Below, in pieces: positions 55,830-63,451 of a stretch of DNA of 64,000 bases. The position numbers and the translations under genes are program-made. Source of the DNA: Patescibacteria group bacterium (GTDB lineage: Bacteria; Patescibacteriota; Patescibacteriia; JBDRGY01); assembly GCA_043817315.1 (NCBI GenBank), contig JBDRGY010000002.1, forward strand, positions 1,046 through 65,045, read 5' to 3'. The notes under the pieces are model-generated. The model made no database searches, was not told the DNA's origin, and was given only the letters and a program-made list of their open reading frames with translations. Position 1 is the first letter of the stretch. Every line of letters begins with the position of its first letter.

Positions 55830-55901
55830 AGCGGGTGAGCGGAATCGAACCGCCGTCTTCAGGTTGGAAACCTGACATAATAGCCACTATACTACACCCG
55901 C
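55830..55901 (-). tRNA. tRNA-Gly(TCC), no encoded CCA
   Basis: Minus strand: GCGGGTG TA GTAT AGTGGCT ATTAT G TCAGG TTTCCAA CCTGA AGAC GGCGG TTCGATT CCGCT CACCCGC T. Confidence 0.9.
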
Positions 55902-55955
55902 CCGCCCAATTCCTGGAACCTACATCTTTCTAGATAAGTTACAAGAATTGGGCGG
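55902..55955 (-). repeat. Perfect 12-bp inverted repeat (CCCGCCCAATTC / GAATTGGGCGGG, 30-nt loop) between the GIY-YIG stop and tRNA-Gly(TCC); its last base is tRNA position +1
   Basis: Read directly on the minus strand: CGCGCCCGCCCAATTC ttgtaacttatctagaaagatgtaggttccag GAATTGGGCGGG CGGGTGTAG. Confidence 0.7.
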
Positions 55956-55962
55956 GCGCGCC

Positions 55963-56220
55963 TTAACGAGACGCTAGATAATTTTTTAAGTTTTTCTTAA
56001 TAAATCTTCTCCCCCAGCCACTTTTATAGTATCTTTCTCTCTGGAGGGCATCTTGCTTGCTCAGGAAAGCTTCGCAATAAATTAACTTCAGTGGTAAGTG
56101 GGGCTGGGTTGAATAAGTTGACCCTTTATTGTGTTCTTTGACTCTCTTCTTTAGATTCTTGGTGAATCCTATATATAACCTGCCATTTTTCTCACTTTGT
56201 AGAATGTACACGTAATACAT
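55963..56220 (-). CDS. Small GIY-YIG nuclease-family protein (85 aa)
   Basis: MYYVYILQSEKNGRLYIGFTKNLKKRVKEHNKG...E. Confidence 0.85.
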   Translation of the reverse strand: MYYVYILQSEKNGRLYIGFTKNLKKRVKEHNKGSTYSTQPHLPLKLIYCEAFLSKQDALQRERYYKSGWGRRFIKKNLKNYLASR

Positions 56221-56247
56221 CTGGGTTTAACGAATAATTAAACCCCG

Positions 56248-56586
56248 TCATTTCTTCTTTTTAGGTTGCCAAAGATACTTATCTAAATCTACATAATAGT
56301 TACCTTCTTTTTCTTTTACCTTCACCCCTTCCTTGATTAGAAGATAGGCCTGTTCCTGGGCCGGGTGAGCTAAATTGACAATACTGATTCGACCCTCCCG
56401 ATTAATCACTCTTTGCCAAGGAACAACCTTGGACTTGGCACCCACCACTTCGTGTAAAGCCCAGCCCACCATCCGGGCGGATCGTGGTGAACCGATAAGG
56501 GCGGCAATTTGTCCGTAGGTGGCTACTTTGCCCTTGGGTACTTTTTTGACCATCTGATAAACATGTTGGTAGAAATTCTGGGCCAT
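56248..56586 (-). CDS. MGMT-family DNA-binding protein lacking the acceptor cysteine (alkyltransferase-like, ATL)
   Basis: 112 aa. VP.GKV.TYGQIA...G.P...R.VG.AL....VPWQRV. The PWQRV replaces the PCHRV active site. Confidence 0.7.
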   Translation of the reverse strand: MAQNFYQHVYQMVKKVPKGKVATYGQIAALIGSPRSARMVGWALHEVVGAKSKVVPWQRVINREGRISIVNLAHPAQEQAYLLIKEGVKVKEKEGNYYVDLDKYLWQPKKKK

Positions 56587-56630
56587 CTTTGTTTAATAAT
56601 ACTACCCGAAAAAAATATATTTTTCAACCC

Positions 56631-58307
56631 CTACTCAATCAAGCGATAGAGATTAACCGCTTGATTGTCTTCCTCAATACCTAAAAGTGGCCAGGACTGG
56701 ATCAGTTCGAAGTTGTCAAAAATTGGATCACCATTTTTTTCCGATTCAGCAATCTCGGCCAGATGCTTACCCCAGATAGCCGGGCCCTGGTCTCCAGTTT
56801 TGGTAATCAGGTAATCAGCTTCAGTGATTACCTCTTGCCAGTCAGTACTTCTTATTCGACTGCTCAAGGCATAATCAACTTGATAATCATGATTAAAAGA
56901 TTCTAACTCCAACAAACGTCCCCAGTATTGAACGGGCTGACCCGACAAAAAGATACTGTTGGGCACTACAGCTATTTTAATCAGATTATGTTCAGATTTA
57001 TTTTGCTGCAAATCAGTTTTTAGGGCTGATGCTACCACCTCAAGGTTGTTGTGATATTGAGTGGGATAAGTAAAACCGTAGCGGACGTCAGAATAGGTTA
57101 CATTTTTATAACCATATTCTTCAGATAACGCCAATTTCTCATAAATGTTGTCTGAAAAGGATTTCACCCCCCAAGAAGTTTCTGTCCAGACAAATACACC
57201 CATTGTCAAGATCAAACCAATGCCTACATGGCGCCAGATTCGATTAACTTTCCAGAAAGAAGTAGCGGCTAAAATAGCTAAAGCCGGAAAAACCGGCAAA
57301 AAGTATCGAGACTCTTTAGAATAAAACAAAAAAGTCATAATTAGATAAGGTACAACGATCCAAGCTAACAAGAACCAGCCGTTTTTGACTCGGTTCTTGA
57401 TAAAGAAAAACAAACCGACCAGAGACCAAGCCGCCAAGGGCCAAGTCAGACTGTTTACAGTCTTGCGAACGTAATAACCGATATTATCTAAGCTAAATAA
57501 ATCTTCGGTGGGCACTGAAAAAATATTCTGCCTTGTTGCTTGGGCTGATTTCCAGATATCCTTAGCGTGAGTCAAATACCAAGGAGCAATCAGGGTTAAG
57601 ATTATAGCAATAAGAATAACTAAATTAATTTTTTTTGTTTTTCTACTTTCTTTATCTTTAAACGATTTTATTAAAATATATATCAAGGGGCCCAAAATGA
57701 AAACGACAGCTGTCCATTTAGTTAATATGGCCAAGGCAGTGGCCAGTCCGAATAAAATTGACCATTTTCTACTTTTAAAACCGTTTGATTTTATCAAGGC
57801 GGCCAACGAAGCCATTGTCATAGCTGTTAAAGGAAAATCCAAATCGTAAATCCGACTGAAATGGGCCAGCAACGGATAAAACAAAGAAATGGCTAGGGCC
57901 AAAATAGCTAGCCAGCGGTTTTTTAATAAGTAATGGGCGATGCCATAAACTGAAAGAATGTAGATTAATAACCAAAATAATAGAGAAATCTGGGGAATAT
58001 CAAAATGTCTACCGCCTATCAAGAAAAAAGTGCCGGTTACTATATAGCTAAATGGGGGATAAATAGTATCCAAATTTAATATAGTTCTGGGCTTGAAATT
58101 GGCCATCAATTCTGAAATCTGTAGGCTGCGTTGGGAGTGGCCCGCAATATCCCACAGGGGTGGACTTTGATCTTGAACCACCCAGACTATATTGACCAGC
58201 ACCGCTGCCAAAGCCACCAGCCCTAAAATTAAAAAAGAAAACCATTTTTCGCGGTACCAAATACTGATGGTTTCCTTTTTGGGTTCAGCTCTATTGTCGA
58301 TATCCAT
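56631..58307 (-). CDS. GT39/ArnT-like (PMT_2) polytopic glycosyltransferase
   Basis: 558 aa. About 11 TM helices in the N-terminal two thirds and a soluble C-terminal domain. The early loop motif (PPLWDIAGHS) fits GT-C enzymes. Confidence 0.65.
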   Translation of the reverse strand: MDIDNRAEPKKETISIWYREKWFSFLILGLVALAAVLVNIVWVVQDQSPPLWDIAGHSQRSLQISELMANFKPRTILNLDTIYPPFSYIVTGTFFLIGGRHFDIPQISLLFWLLIYILSVYGIAHYLLKNRWLAILALAISLFYPLLAHFSRIYDLDFPLTAMTMASLAALIKSNGFKSRKWSILFGLATALAILTKWTAVVFILGPLIYILIKSFKDKESRKTKKINLVILIAIILTLIAPWYLTHAKDIWKSAQATRQNIFSVPTEDLFSLDNIGYYVRKTVNSLTWPLAAWSLVGLFFFIKNRVKNGWFLLAWIVVPYLIMTFLFYSKESRYFLPVFPALAILAATSFWKVNRIWRHVGIGLILTMGVFVWTETSWGVKSFSDNIYEKLALSEEYGYKNVTYSDVRYGFTYPTQYHNNLEVVASALKTDLQQNKSEHNLIKIAVVPNSIFLSGQPVQYWGRLLELESFNHDYQVDYALSSRIRSTDWQEVITEADYLITKTGDQGPAIWGKHLAEIAESEKNGDPIFDNFELIQSWPLLGIEEDNQAVNLYRLIE

Positions 58308-58326
58308 TCTTGATTTATCAATCCAA

Positions 58327-58403
58327 CTGGTCGGGGATGCCGGACTTGAACCGGCGGCCTCCTGCTCCCAAAGCAGGCGCGCTAGCCAACTGCGCCAATC
58401 CCC
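58327..58403 (-). tRNA. tRNA-Pro(TGG), CCA encoded
   Basis: Minus strand: CGGGGAT TG GCGC AGTTGGCTA GCGC G CCTGC TTTGGGA GCAGG AGGCC GCCGG TTCAAGT CCGGC ATCCCCG A CCA. Confidence 0.9.
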
Positions 58404-58404
58404 G

Positions 58405-58770
58405 CTATTTTTTATACCGTTTCTCGTTGGTCCTATATCCTGTATCGGAAGTCCAGTTTAGAAATATTCTTTTTTTAAAACCGCCTTTCTTGGTCATATT
58501 TTTCCGGCGGGCAGTCTTAATCTGTTTGTCGGTGATCTTCTTAACCTTTTTAATCTCCTCGATAACTTCTATTACATCAGCTAATTCGTCAGTTAATTCT
58601 TGTTTGGATTTTGCGGCAGTTAGCCCACTGGCCTCTTCTTCCACTTTCTGGATCAATTTTGCTTCATACTCTTTTTTCTTCAATATCCGATAGAAACCAG
58701 TGCCTCCGGATTTTTCAATCTTTTCCGGAATTTTATCGCGAATCAACTTGTTATAGTAAATTTTTTTCAT
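58405..58770 (-). CDS. MazG-like / phosphoribosyl-ATP pyrophosphohydrolase-like NTP pyrophosphatase
   Basis: 121 aa. YNKLIRDKIPE...E...KL.EE..E......EL.DELADV.EV. pattern. Confidence 0.5.
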   Translation of the reverse strand: MKKIYYNKLIRDKIPEKIEKSGGTGFYRILKKKEYEAKLIQKVEEEASGLTAAKSKQELTDELADVIEVIEEIKKVKKITDKQIKTARRKNMTKKGGFKKRIFLNWTSDTGYRTNEKRYKK

Positions 58771-58781
58771 TCACTTGTCTG

Positions 58782-60008
58782 CTATTTCATAGTATCAGCC
58801 TCGGCTCTTTCAGTCACTGGAATCTCCATTAAAACAACGGCTCTATGTCTACCATTTTCTTCTTGAGTTCCTACTTGTGTAACACTTGCAGAAGAAATGT
58901 TGGTATCATAAAGCAAGTTGCCGTCTGGGGTCTTTACTCCCCCTTGATATTTAGCAATTTCTCCTCTAGCCTGCATCGTTGCTCTATCAACAGCAATCTG
59001 AAAATCACCTGAAGTCATACTTTTTACCACTAATAATTTTCCATCTTTTTCAAAAACCTTATCAATATTATCCCATAGCCAGTCCTCATCAATATCTACA
59101 CCACTCTCTAGTCTCTCAACGTCAATAGTGATCGGTTCATAAACTCTTTCTGCTTCTTTTGCTGCCGCTTCTGATTCAAGCACTGGTGGTTTTAATCCTT
59201 CTTCTCCTATTTCAGTTTGAGCTGCTGATCTGAAGGTGACTTCATTAACCATTTGTTCAAGACCATACTGTAAACTCTTAACTCTAAGGTCTGGGTTGTC
59301 CTCATTTTCCATCATGTACTTAGCGTATTCTATCATCTGGTCACAACTTGCTCTAAATCTGGTTTCTTGGCCGTGCGTTTCAGCTGAAGCAATACCTGCC
59401 TTTATCATGTTGTCCAATAACACTTTTCCTTCTTCCTGAGTTAATCCGTCAATCTCTCCCATTTGAGGTATATATTCTCCGATTACTGACTTCACCGCCT
59501 CGACATCTAAATCAGTTGGCTCTGCCTCTGCTTGTTCTCCTGGAGCGATCTCTTCACCTGCCTCTGAGATTTCTTCTTCGCCTTCACCCTCTTCTGGTTG
59601 ATCTTCATCTCCTGCCTCATATCCACTTCCTGTTTCAGCAGCTGTGGCTACACCAGCAGCTACTCCCAACACCATTGCCGCTAAAACAACAGTTTTAACA
59701 GTCTTACCAAATTTACCCTTCGCTGCTCCACGCAGTTTGCTCAATGCTGATGAAACCTTTTCTTCCACTTCATCTCCAACTTCTTCAGGCGTTCTGCCTT
59801 CAGCATCGATGTCTAATTCATCTAATAACCCTTTAACTGCTTCTTGTTGGGGGCCTAATTGCTCGGCCATCCTTGCTTTGGCATATTGTTCCATGACCAC
59901 CTGTCCTTCAACTGCTTCAGCTAAGGCAGCTGGGTCTATCTCAGGAGTTCCTTCTGTTTCATTGGCTATTTGTTCTTTAACCTCCGATGGGACTTCTCCT
60001 CTTCTCAT
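58782..60008 (-). CDS. Hypothetical highly acidic protein with one internal TM helix
   Basis: 408 aa. TVKTVVLAAMVLGVAAGVATAA is followed by a Glu/Gly-rich stretch. No recognisable domain. Confidence 0.6.
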   Translation of the reverse strand: MRRGEVPSEVKEQIANETEGTPEIDPAALAEAVEGQVVMEQYAKARMAEQLGPQQEAVKGLLDELDIDAEGRTPEEVGDEVEEKVSSALSKLRGAAKGKFGKTVKTVVLAAMVLGVAAGVATAAETGSGYEAGDEDQPEEGEGEEEISEAGEEIAPGEQAEAEPTDLDVEAVKSVIGEYIPQMGEIDGLTQEEGKVLLDNMIKAGIASAETHGQETRFRASCDQMIEYAKYMMENEDNPDLRVKSLQYGLEQMVNEVTFRSAAQTEIGEEGLKPPVLESEAAAKEAERVYEPITIDVERLESGVDIDEDWLWDNIDKVFEKDGKLLVVKSMTSGDFQIAVDRATMQARGEIAKYQGGVKTPDGNLLYDTNISSASVTQVGTQEENGRHRAVVLMEIPVTERAEADTMK

Positions 60009-60030
60009 AATATTTTAGGTTAATAATAGA

Positions 60031-60284
60031 TGGTGCCGAGGGGCAGAATCGAACTGCCGACGCAAGGATTTTCAGTCCTTCGCCCCGCCCGCCGAACAAC
60101 GGCGAACTTGGAAGTAATCTACCTTTGGTGCCTGGGGCCAGAATCGGACTGGCGACGCAAGGATTTTCAGTCCTTCGCTCTACCACTGAGCTACCCAGGC
60201 TTCAAAGACAGACTACAAATTTCTTTTTCAATCAACTATATTCGCTCGGCGTTGCGGACAGGTCTACCACTGAGCTACCTCGGC
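60031..60284 (-). tRNA. Interrupted outer tRNA-Phe(GAA). 5' part 60284-60263 (positions 1-23), 179-nt insert 60262-60084, 3' part 60083-60031 (positions 24-76 including CCA).
   Basis: The 5' part is GCCGAGG TA GCTC AGTGGTA GA. The 3' part is GC G AAGGA CTGAAAA TCCTT GCGTC GGCAG TTCGATT CTGCC CCTCGGC A CCA. The acceptor pairing GCCGAGG/CCTCGGC is perfect and all loops are canonical. The insert ends form a 9-bp helix (CCTGTCCGC / GCGGGCGGG, with 2 G-U pairs). Confidence 0.55.
60126..60200 (-). tRNA. tRNA-Phe(GAA), complete, nested inside the outer tRNA-Phe insert; its T loop is non-canonical
   Basis: GCCTGGG TA GCTC AGTGGTA GAGC G AAGGA CTGAAAA TCCTT GCGTC GCCAG TCCGATT CTGGC CCCAGGC A CCA. 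The T loop reads TCCGATT, so the near-invariant U55 is C. Confidence 0.75.
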
Positions 60285-60356
60285 TAATTTTAAAAAAAAA
60301 CCTATTTGCTATATCAGTTTAGCCGACCAAGGGCAAAAAGTCAACTAGAAAAACTC

Positions 60357-61979
60357 CTATTTTGGGGAATATTTATAGATTCTAACGTAATCACCCTTAA
60401 GCAAATCTACCCGGCAAGTTCTTAAAACCGAAAAGTCGTTACTGTATAAAAGCTGTTCGGGAGTGTATTCCGGGTTAGGTTCTACGGCGTAGATTAATTC
60501 GTTTTGGGAGGTTAGTTGCTGGTACTGTTCCGCCGCCCAGACAAAGTTGGGTTCGGGATCGGGGAAACCAGCCTCCTGAAGAATGCGACCGTGTACCCCT
60601 CCGGAAATGATGAAGTGGGTCGCTCCTTGCTTTTCATATTCTTCTCGGTCTCGCACAGTTAAATTGGGAACCTTTTCGGTAATATATTTATCAGCAGGCA
60701 AATCCGGGGTATACGGTTCTACTACAAATTCAGTACCTTCCGGCATTTCCCGTAATATATATTGGCGTGCTTTCTCAATAGTGTAGTCATCCGCCCAACC
60801 GTACATGGTCCGAGCTAAGCGCCAGGCAGGGGCAGCAAATATGATTATACAGATTAAAACCGCTAACCAGCGGCGGCGACTACAATACTTAAAAATATAA
60901 TCAAGACCGGCTGCTCCCATGATAAATAAGATAGTAACCGCCGGGATCAACCATCTGGCCCAGTGCAGATTAAGAACGGACAGCAATAAAATGTAGCTGA
61001 TGACGCTGATTAACAGAAAGAAAAACTTAAATTCACGCTGGCTATATTTCTTTTTGATTATCTTGTAGCAAATAAAAAATATAATTGCTAGGGTTATCAA
61101 AAATAGAAAGGTGCCCAGTTGCCAGTGTAGAGTATCTATGGTATACCATTTTAAATTGCCCCAAAAACCAAGATCATCATGACCTCCGTGCTCCGTCCGG
61201 TTTTCAATTACCAGATGATAAAGCACACGGTGGAAATTCAAAAATAAAAACGGCCCGGTGACAAAGCTAGCCACAATAGCTGCAAAACCACTGGCCAGCC
61301 AGTTCTTGATAAACAGTTTCTTCTGACGCCACAACCAAACAAATATCATGATTAGTGGCACTACAAAAAATAGAGAAGGATATTTAGTAGCCGCGGCCAC
61401 TCCCAGGCTGGCTCCGACCCCCAGATACCAACCAATTTTGGCCGGCTGATCGATCAAGCGGAAGACAAAAAACAACATCAGCATCAAGAAAAAAGTTTGG
61501 ATAATGTCTGGTCGGATTATATGTGAGTGGTCCACCAGAAAAAATGAGGTGGCCACCAGAATTGCAGCTATAATTCCTGTTCTTTTATTCCAGTGCTTAC
61601 CGACAAAGTAGGCCAACAAAACAGTAGCCGCTCCCAAGAGAGCAGGTAACATCCGGCCGGCTGTCTGAAAAATGGTGGTAAATAACTGGTAGTTTTGGGA
61701 AGCGGCTAAGGCAGTCTCGTGAGCTTGGTTAACAAAAAAGTTAATAATTCTAAAAATAAAACCCATGCCATAGATCAGGGACTGGGCAGGAGCACCAAAC
61801 CAGCCGGGGTTTAAAGCACCGTTGGCAATATTGAGGGCCGGTTCTACGAAAAATTCTTCATCCACCAAATAAAGCCGGGGTAATCCAAAACTGATAAAGA
61901 CCAAACGCAAAATCAGGCCAATTAAAAAAATCGCCATTAGTATGATGAATATCTTGCTGGGCTTGCGAATATGTTTCAT
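60357..61979 (-). CDS. GT39/ArnT-like polytopic glycosyltransferase (second copy)
   Basis: The track ORF starts at a GTG (62003) inside a tRNA fragment. I prefer the ATG at 61979 (MKHIRKPSKIFIILM...). About 12 TM helices plus a C-terminal soluble domain. Confidence 0.65.
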   Translation of the reverse strand: MKHIRKPSKIFIILMAIFLIGLILRLVFISFGLPRLYLVDEEFFVEPALNIANGALNPGWFGAPAQSLIYGMGFIFRIINFFVNQAHETALAASQNYQLFTTIFQTAGRMLPALLGAATVLLAYFVGKHWNKRTGIIAAILVATSFFLVDHSHIIRPDIIQTFFLMLMLFFVFRLIDQPAKIGWYLGVGASLGVAAATKYPSLFFVVPLIMIFVWLWRQKKLFIKNWLASGFAAIVASFVTGPFLFLNFHRVLYHLVIENRTEHGGHDDLGFWGNLKWYTIDTLHWQLGTFLFLITLAIIFFICYKIIKKKYSQREFKFFFLLISVISYILLLSVLNLHWARWLIPAVTILFIMGAAGLDYIFKYCSRRRWLAVLICIIIFAAPAWRLARTMYGWADDYTIEKARQYILREMPEGTEFVVEPYTPDLPADKYITEKVPNLTVRDREEYEKQGATHFIISGGVHGRILQEAGFPDPEPNFVWAAEQYQQLTSQNELIYAVEPNPEYTPEQLLYSNDFSVLRTCRVDLLKGDYVRIYKYSPK

Positions 61980-61993
61980 TCCTTTGGCGATTA

Positions 61994-62034
61994 TGGTGGG
62001 CACGGATGGATTCGAACCATCGACCTCGTCATTA
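61994..62034 (-). other. 3' fragment of tRNA-Ile(GAT), positions 36-76 including CCA
   Basis: Minus strand: T AA TGACG AGGTC GATGG TTCGAAT CCATC CGTGCCC A CCA, directly after the bracket motif ...CCGTACGGCGGGCAGG. Confidence 0.65.
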
Positions 62035-62074
62035 CCTGCCCGCCGTACGGATACACGTATTAATCATCTACTGC

Positions 62075-62151
62075 TGGTGGGCACGGATGGAGTTGAACCA
62101 TCGACCTCGTCATTATCAGTGACGCGCTCTAACCAACTGAGCTACGTGCCC
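62075..62151 (-). tRNA. tRNA-Ile(GAT), complete, CCA encoded
   Basis: GGGCACG TA GCTC AGTTGGTTA GAGC G CGTCA CTGATAA TGACG AGGTC GATGG TTCAACT CCATC CGTGCCC A CCA. The leader CTACTGCTGG pairs with the trailer CCAGCAGTAG, extending the acceptor helix by 10 bp. Confidence 0.9.
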
Positions 62152-62232
62152 CCCAGCAGTAGACAAAAATAAACTTCCTATTGGTTGGGTTAATGTAAAA
62201 GTTCTTTGAGGCACCGTACTCCGGCAGGCGGG

Positions 62233-62379
62233 TCAGTGACCCCGCAACTAGGTTCGTTACACTCGCCAGTGCGGGGCAGGCGCGCTTTCCTATTTGGTGC
62301 TTACAGTAAGTTGGTGCGCTCCCCGTCCGACTGTCTGGCGTCAGTCAAGCTGACGGGTAGCTAACTGAGCTACGTGCCC
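62233..62379 (-). other. tRNA-Ile-derived 5' fragments (positions 1-21 at 62379-62358; positions about 24-35 at 62245-62233) separated by a 112-nt GC-rich structured segment
   Basis: GGGCACG TA GCTC AGTTAGCTA, then nested helices (GTCAG/CTGAC; GCCAG..CGGGG.GCGC...GCGC..CCCCG..CTGGC), then GCGGGGTCACTGA (compare the inner tRNA GCGCGTCACTGA). Confidence 0.45.
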
Positions 62380-62448
62380 AAACTAAAAAGGATTTTCAAT
62401 ATCCAAGTATATACCAATTTATCAGAAAAACTTAGTTTTGACAAGTGT

Positions 62449-63096
62449 TTATAGTCCGGACTTTTCTTCCGGTCTTTCCTGTAAACTGGCGTCAAAAATA
62501 AAGCGATTGAGAATTATGTGCCACTTATCCTTTACTTGCGGCCACTCTGTTTTTATGCCGGAAAAGCGCTTAACTACCACCACCAGTAACAAGCCGATAA
62601 AGACCCAGCCCTGCCAATAAGGAAGCCTAAAGATAACCACAGCTACTGGTAGGCAGGAGAAAAACAAAATCATGGGAATGGGTGTATGTTTGGTTATTAT
62701 CCAAAAAATGATAAAAATTATGAAGCAGTAGAGAAAGGCTTTGGGCGCTAACACGGCAGCCAGGCCAAGGCCAGCTCCACCTCCTCGTCCTTCTCCCCGT
62801 TTTAAGAAAATTGACCAGTTGTGCCCGACCACCCCCAGTACACCACCAATTGCTCCTATCATCGGCCAGCCCAGATAATTGCCGATGAGCACCGGCAAGA
62901 CTCCTTTGGAAATATCCAGAGCCCCGGAAATGATCGCCGGCCCTACTCCGGCTGTCCGGGCTACATTGGACCCGCCCATTTTTCGCCAACCATGTTCGGT
63001 GACATCGATACCTTTGAATATTTTGCCGGCGAAAAAACCAAAAGACATAGCTCCCCAAAGGTAACAAGTGATCAAAAATATTATCTGCCAAATCAT
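62449..63096 (-). CDS. plsY: Glycerol-3-phosphate acyltransferase PlsY
   Basis: 215 aa. ...GSGN.GATN..R-like GGSNVARTAG, D..KG..PV, GH..S.FL.F.GG.G. Confidence 0.85.
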   Translation of the reverse strand: MIWQIIFLITCYLWGAMSFGFFAGKIFKGIDVTEHGWRKMGGSNVARTAGVGPAIISGALDISKGVLPVLIGNYLGWPMIGAIGGVLGVVGHNWSIFLKRGEGRGGGAGLGLAAVLAPKAFLYCFIIFIIFWIITKHTPIPMILFFSCLPVAVVIFRLPYWQGWVFIGLLLVVVVKRFSGIKTEWPQVKDKWHIILNRFIFDASLQERPEEKSGL

Positions 63097-63284
63097 GCAT
63101 TAACTATATCACAAGATAAGAAACTATCCAGGCTCCTGGCCCAATATGGACACCCCTAGCAGGGGTCATGCCACTTTCGCCGATTTCTCCAACCGGTAAG
63201 TCTTTCTTGAGAGAGAAACAGTTGGCTCTAAGGTCAATCAGATTTTAGTCTCTGTGTAGCCATTGGCCATGGGGAAATTGTATC

Positions 63285-63313
63285 AAAAAAAGCCGATTTA
63301 AATAAATCGACTA
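63285..63313 (-). terminator. Hairpin terminator downstream of the 16S rRNA 3' end
   Basis: Minus strand: GTCGATTT ATTT AAATCGGC followed by T7. Confidence 0.55.
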
Positions 63314-63451
63314 ATTTTCTGCCTTTAGCAGCTAAATGGTAACAGAAAGGAAACGTTTTCCCTCCGCCTAAGGCGGGGGGCCGACCTATCTCTAGGTAAA
63401 GAGATTGGATAAAGTGCCGAATTCGGGCACTCTATCAATTATTCTCCCTAG

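Noticed and set aside
61980-62003. GTG start at 62003 for the glycosyltransferase ORF
   Set aside because: The first 8 codons lie inside the tRNA-Ile 3' fragment (61994-62034). The ATG at 61979 gives the expected basic N-terminus followed by a TM helix.
62246-62357. SRP (4.5S) RNA-like stretch (…CAGTCGGACGGGGAGCGC… vaguely like CAGGTCCGGAAGGAAGCAGC)
   Set aside because: There is no GNRA tetraloop and no conserved symmetric-loop motifs in the right places. The apex of the predicted hairpin is AT-rich. The resemblance is too weak to call.
62627-63159. ORFs 62627..63100 (minus), 62821..63159 (plus) and 62879..63064 (plus)
   Set aside because: They are alternative frames or antisense reads of plsY, which has clear family motifs in its own frame.
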